A DNA stretch of 64,000 nt from a virus. Positions within the stretch are counted from its first letter, which is position 1, and each line of letters opens with the position of its first letter. The stretch spans positions 49,337 to 113,336 of the IMG/VR virus record IMGVR_UViG_3300047462_000282, one strand, 5' to 3'. Shown here piece after piece: positions 30,420 through 39,223 of the stretch. The position numbers and the translations under genes were made by a program. The notes under the pieces are model-generated. The model was not told the origin of the DNA. It was given only the letters and a program-made list of their open reading frames with translations, and ran no database searches.

Positions 30420-31913
30420 ATGTCTATCATTTATGATGACCAAAAATTAATCGACCAACTAGTCAAACATGCTGAGGACTTTGAGAACAAATTCTCAAAG
30501 AAGGGTCAAGCTGCGCCTGACAACCAATCTCTTGTTACTTTGAGATCGCTACTAGATAGTTTGGCAGATCAAATTCCTGGTACCAAAGATCCAAATGCTC
30601 CAGCCGAAATTTCTCATGAAAAGGGATTCAATGAAGGCGATCCACAGTTGACTGTAGTCAATCTAGAGGGACTTGGTGCGCTAACAGATTTCTTGATGCA
30701 AAACAAGATAACCGTAGATGGTCAGAGAGTTGCTTATGACTTGGCTGAAGATCCAAATAGCGAAGACTATCAACTTTATCAACTAGAGCCAAACGCTGGC
30801 TTGTTGGAAGTAGAGGATAGAAGTCGTGTTACCAGAGGATTTTACGTAAACAAAGACCTACTTAATAAGTACATTCAGTCTTTGCAGGCTCAGTTGGCAG
30901 CTAGACCAAATCCAGTTATGGATGTGCAGTTGCGCAAAATTATTCAGCAAGCCAACACTCAATTAGAATCTGGTTTAAGTGAGAAGTACACTCCACCAGA
31001 AAAAACGTTGCCAGCTAATGAAGTTTTGACTAATTTTCCACAAGTTCTAGATTACAAGTATTACAACAAAGATGGAGATAAGGTTCTAACTTTTGGAGAC
31101 GTCTCTACTGCTGCTGGAATCAAAGCTTGGGTGAATAATAATGGTATTTCCGTTGAGATTCCTGGACGTGAGGGCGGACCATTGGGAATCAATCATCCGC
31201 AATTCGACTTCTGTGTAGTTGCAAGAACATTATATGCTAAGGCACAATGGTTGCTAAGAACCAAGGCTACCACCCCAGAGTTGGAGAAAAAATACACTGC
31301 TTTCGTTAAGAAAATTACTGAAGTGGCTCCAACATTGCAGGGACCTGATGGAAAAGCTTGTTCACTAGCAGCAGGAACAACCACAACAGCTCCAGCCGGG
31401 AAAGACAAGCAAACACAACAGGCAGGCGCCGGTGCCCAAAAGGTGTCCCCACAAATTCTGAACAACATCATTAGTACTTTGCCGTTTTCCATTAGAGATA
31501 TCAATTTCGACAGAATTGATAGCTTCTTTGGATTAGTACAGCAAATTATGAGCAACAATGGCACCGCAATGCAACAAATAGGATCAACTGATGGTTCTAT
31601 GAGAAGATTTAGTTCGACCTATATGCGTCAGGGCGAAAAAATAATTCCTCTTGGTATGTATCCTCGTCAATTTTTCAGCATGCTTAAAGATCCTGGTAAG
31701 CAATTCATGCCAGCATTGGATGAACTAAATGATATTCTTGATACCACGCGTAGCGTTGTAGAGGCATTTTATGCAACCTATGTTGGTCAGTTAGATGATA
31801 ACCAAAAGGCTTATGTATTAGGTCAAATTGGAAGAACACCAAATGATCGTTCTATATACACAAGAAACTCTGGCGACTTGCAAAATCTTAGACAGGCAGT
31901 TAACGTAAAATGA
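30420..31913 (+). CDS. Probable internal virion protein
   Basis: 497 aa, SD AGGA. Confidence 0.6.
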   Translation: MSIIYDDQKLIDQLVKHAEDFENKFSKKGQAAPDNQSLVTLRSLLDSLADQIPGTKDPNAPAEISHEKGFNEGDPQLTVVNLEGLGALTDFLMQNKITVDGQRVAYDLAEDPNSEDYQLYQLEPNAGLLEVEDRSRVTRGFYVNKDLLNKYIQSLQAQLAARPNPVMDVQLRKIIQQANTQLESGLSEKYTPPEKTLPANEVLTNFPQVLDYKYYNKDGDKVLTFGDVSTAAGIKAWVNNNGISVEIPGREGGPLGINHPQFDFCVVARTLYAKAQWLLRTKATTPELEKKYTAFVKKITEVAPTLQGPDGKACSLAAGTTTTAPAGKDKQTQQAGAGAQKVSPQILNNIISTLPFSIRDINFDRIDSFFGLVQQIMSNNGTAMQQIGSTDGSMRRFSSTYMRQGEKIIPLGMYPRQFFSMLKDPGKQFMPALDELNDILDTTRSVVEAFYATYVGQLDDNQKAYVLGQIGRTPNDRSIYTRNSGDLQNLRQAVNVK

Positions 31914-33022
31914 GTCATGCACAAGACCGCATCAGTTTGTATGTAGACATAATGATAGTGGAGGCACTAGCATATGGTGATGGTCTATCTAAAAGTGCCC
32001 AAACTGGCGGCGTTATGTCAGATCTTGTTGGTAAGGTAAAGCAATACGCTGATAACTCAATCGATCCAAATGATAAGACCAATAGTTTGTTAAAACTATT
32101 GGCACCTGGTCTAATATTCACAACACTTAGAATGATTGGGTTGCCATGGTGGTTTACTGCGCTGTTAAGCTTAGCAGCAGCCGTTTTCCATATCGATGTT
32201 TTCGGAATTTTAAAATCCATTTATGAAAAAGTTAAGAGCGCTATCGGATTGGGGAAACCACTATCCTCTTCACAAGTAGATGAAATGGTTTCCAGCTCGG
32301 TACAAGAACATGCAAAGCCAGCTACTGAGGAAGAGGCAGCCGAAGCTCAAAAGGAATTAGAATCAAAGTCATATGTTCTTATTAGAGAAGCGAAGCATTT
32401 AAAATTAGCTTTGAATGAGTACGATCAGTTGTTGAAAAGTGGTCAACAACGTCGAGGCATGAATCTGGGATCTATATTCTCCAGGTACTCAGTTAAAAAG
32501 AGCGCGACGAGCAGTATTTTGTCTAGAGTTCTAGGGCTAATTTTCAAAGTATTGTTAGCATCTGCTGGGTTCATGGTAGCTGGTGACATGATTAATCATT
32601 TATTGGGCAGACCAAACGCATTAGACAATACTATGCAAAAAGGAAAACCAGTTGCACAAACTTCTGCTCCAACTACAACCGCACCAACCATAACTGCCAA
32701 GCAAACTAAGTTCCCACTCAACCCATCTTATCATGAAGAGAATTTTAATGGTACTGATAATAATTGGATAGAAAATATTCCAAATAATAAAGAAAGCGTT
32801 GAGAATATGCTGGTTAACTTTGCAAAAGAAGTTTACGGTGGATTAGATGGTCAAGAGTCTAATATCAGAAGTACGGCAGGATTTCAAGCTATTACGGATG
32901 CTATTGATTGGTATAACCATACATCTGCTGGTGGACCTATAGTTTTCATTCCTAGAATGTTTACTTCTAAGAAAAAAATAGTAGACCATTTTATCGATGA
33001 TGTGGCGGCAAAGGCTCCATAA
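31910..33022 (+). CDS. Probable virion protein with hydrophobic, possibly membrane-inserting helices
   Basis: LIFTTLRMIGLPWWFTALLSLAAAVFHIDVFGIL and VLGLIFKVLLASAGFMVAG. Confidence 0.55.
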   Translation: MSHAQDRISLYVDIMIVEALAYGDGLSKSAQTGGVMSDLVGKVKQYADNSIDPNDKTNSLLKLLAPGLIFTTLRMIGLPWWFTALLSLAAAVFHIDVFGILKSIYEKVKSAIGLGKPLSSSQVDEMVSSSVQEHAKPATEEEAAEAQKELESKSYVLIREAKHLKLALNEYDQLLKSGQQRRGMNLGSIFSRYSVKKSATSSILSRVLGLIFKVLLASAGFMVAGDMINHLLGRPNALDNTMQKGKPVAQTSAPTTTAPTITAKQTKFPLNPSYHEENFNGTDNNWIENIPNNKESVENMLVNFAKEVYGGLDGQESNIRSTAGFQAITDAIDWYNHTSAGGPIVFIPRMFTSKKKIVDHFIDDVAAKAP

Positions 33023-33040
33023 ACCTATACATTATAAGGT

Positions 33041-34300
33041 ATGAATAATATGAAAAGCGACGTCTTCGACAGTTTTGTCAAAATAGCCCAAGAAAAGGGA
33101 ATGATCTCGAACGATTCTGAGGATTCTAAGAAGAAATTAGAGAAAACTCATCGAGCCGATTCATTAGACATTTCTGCTATCGAAGCTCTGTATGGCGTAA
33201 AACCAAACACTCCTAAAGACATGGAATATGAGCACAATATTATGGAAGACGCTCATCCAAACTCTGTGGTTATTTTACCTTCCTACGACAAACTTAATGG
33301 TTTAGTAGAGAACGAAAACGAGCGCCAGAACATCAATATTCATATCGTAATGAAAACTCCAGATGGTTTATCTACGCAGCGCAAATACGCTCAGGAATTG
33401 GTGCTGTCTTTGGTTAGAGTCGCTAACGATTTAGATAACAAGAATCAAGATAAGTTAATGGCATTAGCTGACTTGTGCTTACTACAAGCTAGCCAGCCAC
33501 TTACTAAGACAGCTGTTGCTCCTTTAGTTATTGCTGGTGTTGCAGCAGCTGCCGCCCTTATTGGCGGAATTTATCTCAAGAATCATATGGCATTTTTTAG
33601 TGATGGTTTCGAGCAAGACTATCAAAAATTAGTTGCCGAAATTGACGATTTGATTGAATCAAACGATTCAATTCAGACTAGTGTTGGTGCGGGCTACAAT
33701 TATAGACCAGAGTTTATTCAAGAGATGCAAAATTTCAAGAACAAACTAGCCGGTTACTATAATTTGTATAAGTCAATTGAGCCATATATTGATCAGCTAG
33801 AAAAACCAAAAGATGCTGGTGAATTGCTAGAAGCTATCAAGAAGCCAGAAACAAACGCAATTGTTAATGCATATAAATCTTTCCGTAGCGCTACCGACAA
33901 AATTCTTCCATATTTCCAGAAGATTGAACAAGATTTTGATAACCCAAGCTACAAGCAAAGACAGATTGTAGAAAAGGGTTGGGCAATGAAGGTTGTCGAT
34001 CCATTTCTTCATGGTGGCAAGGGATTGGTAGCAGACGATTTTGACGATGTTGCTCATGCCCTTAAGACCTTTATGGGTGATATGCAAAATATCAATAAAG
34101 CACTCAAAGAGGCGAAATCACATGAAGATTCTCTTACCAAGGATCTTACTGAGGCATCTTATAAGAGCCAGGAAATGTTTGGTTCAGAGGAAGAGGGCGG
34201 CACAGCCTCAACTACTGGAAAACCACCTACATCCAAAGAGCAGATTGATCAAGGAGCCGAAGACCTAGAAAAACAACTAGGAGAAATCGGACTAATATAA
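33041..34300 (+). CDS. Probable internal virion protein with one hydrophobic helix
   Basis: KTA is followed directly by VAPLVIAGVAAAAALIGGIYL. Confidence 0.55.
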   Translation: MNNMKSDVFDSFVKIAQEKGMISNDSEDSKKKLEKTHRADSLDISAIEALYGVKPNTPKDMEYEHNIMEDAHPNSVVILPSYDKLNGLVENENERQNINIHIVMKTPDGLSTQRKYAQELVLSLVRVANDLDNKNQDKLMALADLCLLQASQPLTKTAVAPLVIAGVAAAAALIGGIYLKNHMAFFSDGFEQDYQKLVAEIDDLIESNDSIQTSVGAGYNYRPEFIQEMQNFKNKLAGYYNLYKSIEPYIDQLEKPKDAGELLEAIKKPETNAIVNAYKSFRSATDKILPYFQKIEQDFDNPSYKQRQIVEKGWAMKVVDPFLHGGKGLVADDFDDVAHALKTFMGDMQNINKALKEAKSHEDSLTKDLTEASYKSQEMFGSEEEGGTASTTGKPPTSKEQIDQGAEDLEKQLGEIGLI

Positions 34301-34440
34301 ACAAATATGGGCATAGGCTTGTATTTTGTTCATAAGACCATAATTTTCTATCAATAAGAAAATATGTTCTCTAGATTTTGTAAGTTAAGGTGTAAGTAAC
34401 TATGCCGCTAAACGGCATTTAAGATTCACAGGATAATAAA

Positions 34441-35151
34441 ATGTCTTTAAAACTTCTACAACCAGGTACACAACCACTTGGACAATTTGATGGTTATGAT
34501 AGCGATTACTTGACCCTAAAGGGTGGCGAAATCGTTACTTTGATTTCTGTCCCTGTTCCAGGTGACAAGTCAGCTGCTGACTCTCTTGACGGTTATGTTA
34601 ACCCATCAGGCGTTCAAAAGCGTCCAGTAGTAACTCACTCTAACCTTTTGAGCACTTCCCGCCCATTGTTCCTTGCAGATGAAGGTATCACTGGATATGG
34701 AACCCTATTCGGCTCTGTCGTAGGTGGTGTTGTTGGACAAACCTCATACGGACCAGCATCTTCCATTCCTTCCACTGCTCTTCTAGGACCTCACACCGCA
34801 ACCGGCTCTGGCAAGGTAACTTGCTGGGACAAGCCAGGCTTGTACGCAGTATCTCTTGATGCATGCGATACCGCAACTTCTACCGGCTTGCAACCAACCA
34901 ACACCACTTTGGACGTTGGAACTCAGCTAACCTACACCTCTACTGGTCTTCTAACCCCAGTTGGTTCTCCAGCAGCAGTAGGTGGCGCTCCAGCAGTAGC
35001 ACGTTTCGTTGACTTCGAGTCCAACGGTTCTCTAGTAACCACCCCTAACAGACTAGTTGCAGCTCTAAACAGCCCATCTGGTAACGTTAGCTCAGTTGGC
35101 CCTCGTCAGTTTGCATTCGCAACCTTCTGGTTCAGCCCTCCATCACTATAA
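34441..35151 (+). CDS. Capsid decoration/cement-like protein
   Basis: Immediately upstream of MCP; codon bias as strong as MCP; small-residue, beta-rich. Confidence 0.6.
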   Translation: MSLKLLQPGTQPLGQFDGYDSDYLTLKGGEIVTLISVPVPGDKSAADSLDGYVNPSGVQKRPVVTHSNLLSTSRPLFLADEGITGYGTLFGSVVGGVVGQTSYGPASSIPSTALLGPHTATGSGKVTCWDKPGLYAVSLDACDTATSTGLQPTNTTLDVGTQLTYTSTGLLTPVGSPAAVGGAPAVARFVDFESNGSLVTTPNRLVAALNSPSGNVSSVGPRQFAFATFWFSPPSL

Positions 35152-35291
35152 TCTAGTGAATTAAACTAAGCCTAGCCGGGTGGCTGGGTGAGACGTGATG
35201 TCTCGAATCCCCTTAAAAGGAACCGCTCACCTTTTACGTAAGTAACTTTCAGCTGGTAAAACTGGCAAATAATTCTATTAGGAGAACGTTT

Positions 35292-36305
35292 ATGAATATG
35301 TTCAACAACCAAGGCGCAATGAATGCCTCATCCCTTAAGGATGCACTACAGACTCTAGTTAAGTACGCAGCAGTTCTTGAAGAGAACACTCCAGCTAACA
35401 TGGGTCTTGCTGGTCAACCATCCTTGAGCGACGAAAAGCGTGATGAGCTAATCTCCCGCGCTATTATGACCCAAGACGGAAAGATTGCTCTTGCTCAGGC
35501 AATGGCAAACCCAATCCGTAGAAACCTTGATTACCACGGTATCGCACGTCGTGCCTTGGTTGTCGATCCTCTTCCACAAGGTGCTATGCCAACTTACGAT
35601 AGAGATATCGATGTTGCCGCAGTTGTCATCTCCTCCAACGGTGCTGGTCCAGAATCCAGAGTATTCGGTGACCGTGTAGTCGTTCCTGAATTCGAAATTT
35701 ACGCAAACCCAACCGTCCGTATCGCTGAAGTCAAGCGTCGTAGATTCAACGTTATCGACCGTTCCGTTCAGAAGGCTCGTCAAGAAATCATGGCTCAAGA
35801 AGATGCAAACATCTTCGCAGCTCTTGATGCAGCAGCTTCTGTCGAAAACGTCCTAACCGATATCGCAGACGCAGGTCTTCTAAAGAGAGATCTTGTCGAA
35901 ATCAAGCAACAGATTGATCGTTGGGACTTGGTAACCACCAAGTACTTCATGAACATCAACGAGTTCACTGATATCCTTAAGTGGGGTTCAGGCGGTGGAC
36001 AAGGCGTAGGCGGCGGAGATTTCGATCCTGTCACCATGCGTGAAGTTCTACAAACTGGTCTTTACGCCCACATCTGGGGTACTGACATCATGGTATCTAA
36101 GATCGTTCCACCTGGAACCATCTATGGTGCTGCAGATCCTGAGTTCGTTGGTGTTATGCCAATCCGCCAGGACATCGAAGTTCTTCCAGCAGACGAACCA
36201 AAGCAACTAAAGTTGGGCTGGGTAGTAAGCGAAATAATTGGTATAGCAATTGTGAACCCTCGTGGTTGTGCAGCGGGCAGAAAATCGGTCGTAATTGGTG
36301 CATGA
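35292..36305 (+). CDS. Major capsid protein (HK97 fold)
   Basis: 337 aa, strong SD AGGAG, strongest codon bias in the window; LAQAMANPIRRNLDY..PEFVGVMP..GWVVSE..NPRG resembles my recollection of mycobacteriophage Bxz1-type MCP (not searched). Confidence 0.85.
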   Translation: MNMFNNQGAMNASSLKDALQTLVKYAAVLEENTPANMGLAGQPSLSDEKRDELISRAIMTQDGKIALAQAMANPIRRNLDYHGIARRALVVDPLPQGAMPTYDRDIDVAAVVISSNGAGPESRVFGDRVVVPEFEIYANPTVRIAEVKRRRFNVIDRSVQKARQEIMAQEDANIFAALDAAASVENVLTDIADAGLLKRDLVEIKQQIDRWDLVTTKYFMNINEFTDILKWGSGGGQGVGGGDFDPVTMREVLQTGLYAHIWGTDIMVSKIVPPGTIYGAADPEFVGVMPIRQDIEVLPADEPKQLKLGWVVSEIIGIAIVNPRGCAAGRKSVVIGA

Positions 36306-36348
36306 TCTTAAGTGATCCTCACTAGTTAGCGATGACTAACTGAAATTT

Positions 36349-36376
36349 GAAAAAGCTACCGAAAGGTAGCTTTTTC
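36349..36376 (+). terminator. Strong, probably bidirectional terminator after MCP
   Basis: gaaaaagctacc-GAAA-ggtagctttttc, a perfect 12-bp stem; two smaller hairpins precede it at 36311-36341. Confidence 0.9.
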
Positions 36377-36419
36377 GTTGTTATATAGCAGGTGTATATG
36401 CATAATCTGGACTATAATT

Positions 36420-37301
36420 ATGAGCCTAACATCCATCAAACAACGAAACACCAAGAATAATGTTCTCATTGACGCCAAAATTGACGAGATTAATCGTCTC
36501 TATCAGGAAGGCGTGTCTATGACAAAAATTGGACAGCAACTCGATATTCACCGTAAAGCACTAACCAGGTTATTTAAGAATAACCACGTTGAGTCTAGGA
36601 GGGGATTTTCTTATACTCGCAAATACAATCTCAACGAGCATTACTTCGATATCATCGATACTGAAGAGAAGGCGTATATCCTAGGTTTTATTTATGCGGA
36701 TGGTAACAATTTATTTCGCACCAATAGGATATCTATTCATTTAGCGAAGAGGGATGAAGAAATACTGAAAAAAATGTCGCACATCTTCTATGGTGAAGAG
36801 ATACTCAAGTATAATGTGCGTAAGAATGATAAGGGCGAGACATTCCACTATGTGTGGCTTAACCTTTATAGCAAACATATGAGCCAACATCTCGCAACAC
36901 TTGGCGTTGTTGAGAATAAGTTGTACAAAATAGTTTTCCCAGAATGGCTAGACAAATCCATGTATCGCCACTTCATTCGAGGGTTAATTGATGGAGATGG
37001 TTGGATTTATCTACCTAATAACAATCGAGATAGTCCTAATATAGGATTAATTTGCACCCGTCAAGTTAATGATTTTCTAAAAAACTATTTTGAGGAAGAG
37101 TTGGGGCTCAAATCCTATTTGGTTAAAGCACATAAACAAGATATTGATATTATGTGCGAAATTAGAGTTAAAAACTATCACCAATGCAAAATTTTTTTGG
37201 ATTGGCTTTATAAAGATGCCACTATCCATTTACAAAGGAAACATAATTTGTATCTTAATTTCCTCAATCGATACGAAAACCTTCGAGAGCAAAACAAATA
37301 A
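36420..37301 (+). CDS. LAGLIDADG-family homing endonuclease with N-terminal HTH
   Basis: AYILGFIYADGN and HFIRGLIDGDG; start at ATG 36420. Confidence 0.85.
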   Translation: MSLTSIKQRNTKNNVLIDAKIDEINRLYQEGVSMTKIGQQLDIHRKALTRLFKNNHVESRRGFSYTRKYNLNEHYFDIIDTEEKAYILGFIYADGNNLFRTNRISIHLAKRDEEILKKMSHIFYGEEILKYNVRKNDKGETFHYVWLNLYSKHMSQHLATLGVVENKLYKIVFPEWLDKSMYRHFIRGLIDGDGWIYLPNNNRDSPNIGLICTRQVNDFLKNYFEEELGLKSYLVKAHKQDIDIMCEIRVKNYHQCKIFLDWLYKDATIHLQRKHNLYLNFLNRYENLREQNK

Positions 37302-37318
37302 TTTTCTAGCATACTAAT

Positions 37319-37885
37319 ATGGATCCTAAGAAACTTCGCAAAGAATATATGAAGCTCCAGCCCAAGCTAAGAAAAGTTATGGAGCACGTTACTACTCAAC
37401 TGGCCGATTTGCCGCCAGATGATTTTATATTGGAAACCAATGTAAAGCCATACACTAGTATCAAACGTAAAATGGAAACGGATGATATTAGGAACCCAGA
37501 AGAATTATCTGACCTAATCAGAGGTCGCATTTTCTATTCTCCAGGATTTAATGCCAATGATATTGTTGGTATCTTGAAAAAGCTATTTGGTAAGTCAATC
37601 AAAGATATTGACAACAATAAACGTCGTTCACCAGAACATGGATTAGACTATCATGGAATAGTTCATGTAGATTTAAATTTTGATGGCACTAATTTCGAAT
37701 TGCAATTGATACCACTTGAATTCAAGCCATACAAAGAATTTCTACATCAGATTTATGAGAAGTTTCGCAATGAAAAAGATCGTGACAAAATGTCAGATCA
37801 CCAAAAAAAGTTCTTGCGCAAAATTCATAACAAGATGTACAAAAAACTAGATGATGAAGCTCAAAAGAACAGAGAAGATAATTAA
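37319..37885 (+). CDS. Stand-alone RelA/SpoT synthetase-like (small alarmone synthetase family) protein
   Basis: VKPYTSIKRKM, SDLIRGRI, DYHGIVHV, FELQL and HQIYEK correspond to SYNTH motifs with substitutions. Confidence 0.7.
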   Translation: MDPKKLRKEYMKLQPKLRKVMEHVTTQLADLPPDDFILETNVKPYTSIKRKMETDDIRNPEELSDLIRGRIFYSPGFNANDIVGILKKLFGKSIKDIDNNKRRSPEHGLDYHGIVHVDLNFDGTNFELQLIPLEFKPYKEFLHQIYEKFRNEKDRDKMSDHQKKFLRKIHNKMYKKLDDEAQKNREDN

Positions 37886-39117
37886 AGCTTCTTAGTCACT
37901 TCTAGCAAATAAGACTTGGTATTGTGTTCGGGATGACGCAAAATTTCATTGTAGCATTCATCTAAAGCTATTTTCAACTTAGGACCGGCAGGAATACCCG
38001 CTTCCATCAAATCATTTCCATTTATCTGCATTTCCTTCTTTGAATACACGATTTCTGTCTTGTACTTGGCGAGGAGCGCCCTAGATGGGGTGCCAAGGAC
38101 TTCAGACAACTCTATAAATTGCTCTAGTACCTGTTGCCAGGGCTCAGGAGCATGATTTTTGATGACTGCCATAAAGCTCTTATAGGCTAACGGCGTGTCT
38201 TTAGCTTGAAAAGTAGCAAACCGCTCCAAAATTTCCAATAAAAAGACCACCTTTTTGATTTCCTTATTAGAAAGTTTTAGATTAAACAGCTCTGCATTGA
38301 CTTCATGTGCCGGAATCTTGTTGTACAGGAAGGCAAGGCGAGTTTCTAGCTCACCTTTAACACGATCCTGATGAGCTAACAGAGGTAATTGTCGTCCTGC
38401 CAGCAAAGGACAAGCAATATCTAAAGCACCCGACTTCAAAAGCAGTTGTAAACCATAAGATGGTTGAGCTGTCATCAAAGTCTTACACAATTCATCGCTA
38501 ATTCTCTCTTTAGAGACCTTTTCGAGAGTTTCTAAGCTCTCTTCCATACCTTTAAACGTTTCTCCATCTACGCTGTAACCAAAACGTGCAGCAAATCTAG
38601 CTACACGCATGATTCTAAGTCCATCTTCTTGAAATCTGGATTTAGGATTACCAACAGCTTTGATTATTTTTCGTTTTAAATCTTCAACGCCTTGATAAGG
38701 ATCAACAATTTCATGTGACAATGGATCATAAGCAATGGCATTGATGGTTAAGTCTCGTCTTGCTAAATCTTGCTCGACATTCATCACGAAAAACACTTCT
38801 TCTGGACGTCTTCCGTCTTTGTATTCTCCTTCAATTCGAAATGTGGTCACTTCGAAATGATTTTGAACACCTTCACCCATGGCAACTGTGATAGTACCAT
38901 GCTGTAATCCAGTAGGATATGTTTTAGGAAATAGGCTCAGTACTTTTTGAGGGCTTGCATCTGTTGTAATATCCCAGTCTTTTGGTTGAACACCTAAGAA
39001 CAAATCGCGCACACAACCACCTACTAGGTAGGCTTGATGCCCCGCCTCGTTAAGTATGCGACATACTTCAATAGCCTGAGGATGAATCAGATTTTGAAAA
39101 AGTTTAGAATTTAACAT
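37882..39117 (-). CDS. cca: tRNA nucleotidyltransferase (CCA-adding enzyme, class II)
   Basis: LVGGCVRD, DWDITT, EVTTFR, YKDGRRPEEV, DLARRDLTINA, FQEDGLRIMR, C-terminal INGNDLM..GIPAGP. Confidence 0.9.
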   Translation of the reverse strand: MLNSKLFQNLIHPQAIEVCRILNEAGHQAYLVGGCVRDLFLGVQPKDWDITTDASPQKVLSLFPKTYPTGLQHGTITVAMGEGVQNHFEVTTFRIEGEYKDGRRPEEVFFVMNVEQDLARRDLTINAIAYDPLSHEIVDPYQGVEDLKRKIIKAVGNPKSRFQEDGLRIMRVARFAARFGYSVDGETFKGMEESLETLEKVSKERISDELCKTLMTAQPSYGLQLLLKSGALDIACPLLAGRQLPLLAHQDRVKGELETRLAFLYNKIPAHEVNAELFNLKLSNKEIKKVVFLLEILERFATFQAKDTPLAYKSFMAVIKNHAPEPWQQVLEQFIELSEVLGTPSRALLAKYKTEIVYSKKEMQINGNDLMEAGIPAGPKLKIALDECYNEILRHPEHNTKSYLLEVTKKL

Positions 39118-39123
39118 GGCGCC

Positions 39124-39151
39124 ATCATAAATCCTAAAAAATTGTAGTCAA
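39124..39151 (-). promoter_or_regulatory. Sigma70-type promoter giving a probably leaderless cca transcript
   Basis: Minus strand TTGACT-N16-TATGAT-N6-ATG; no SD sequence. Confidence 0.7.
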
Positions 39152-39223
39152 GGGGCGTAATTACAGGGTATGAGTGTATAATGGCGCATAAATAATGACA
39201 CCTAGCTGCGAAAGTGTACTAAT

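Noticed and set aside
35151-35292. tRNA gene in the GC-richer gap before MCP
   Set aside because: No cloverleaf, T-loop GTTCRA or acceptor stem; kept only as a structured leader.
36305-37301. Possible group I intron in MCP (hairpins plus LAGLIDADG ORF)
   Set aside because: MCP reaches the expected NPRG terminal motif and stops; a strong terminator follows; I see no downstream exon or P-Q-R-S core.
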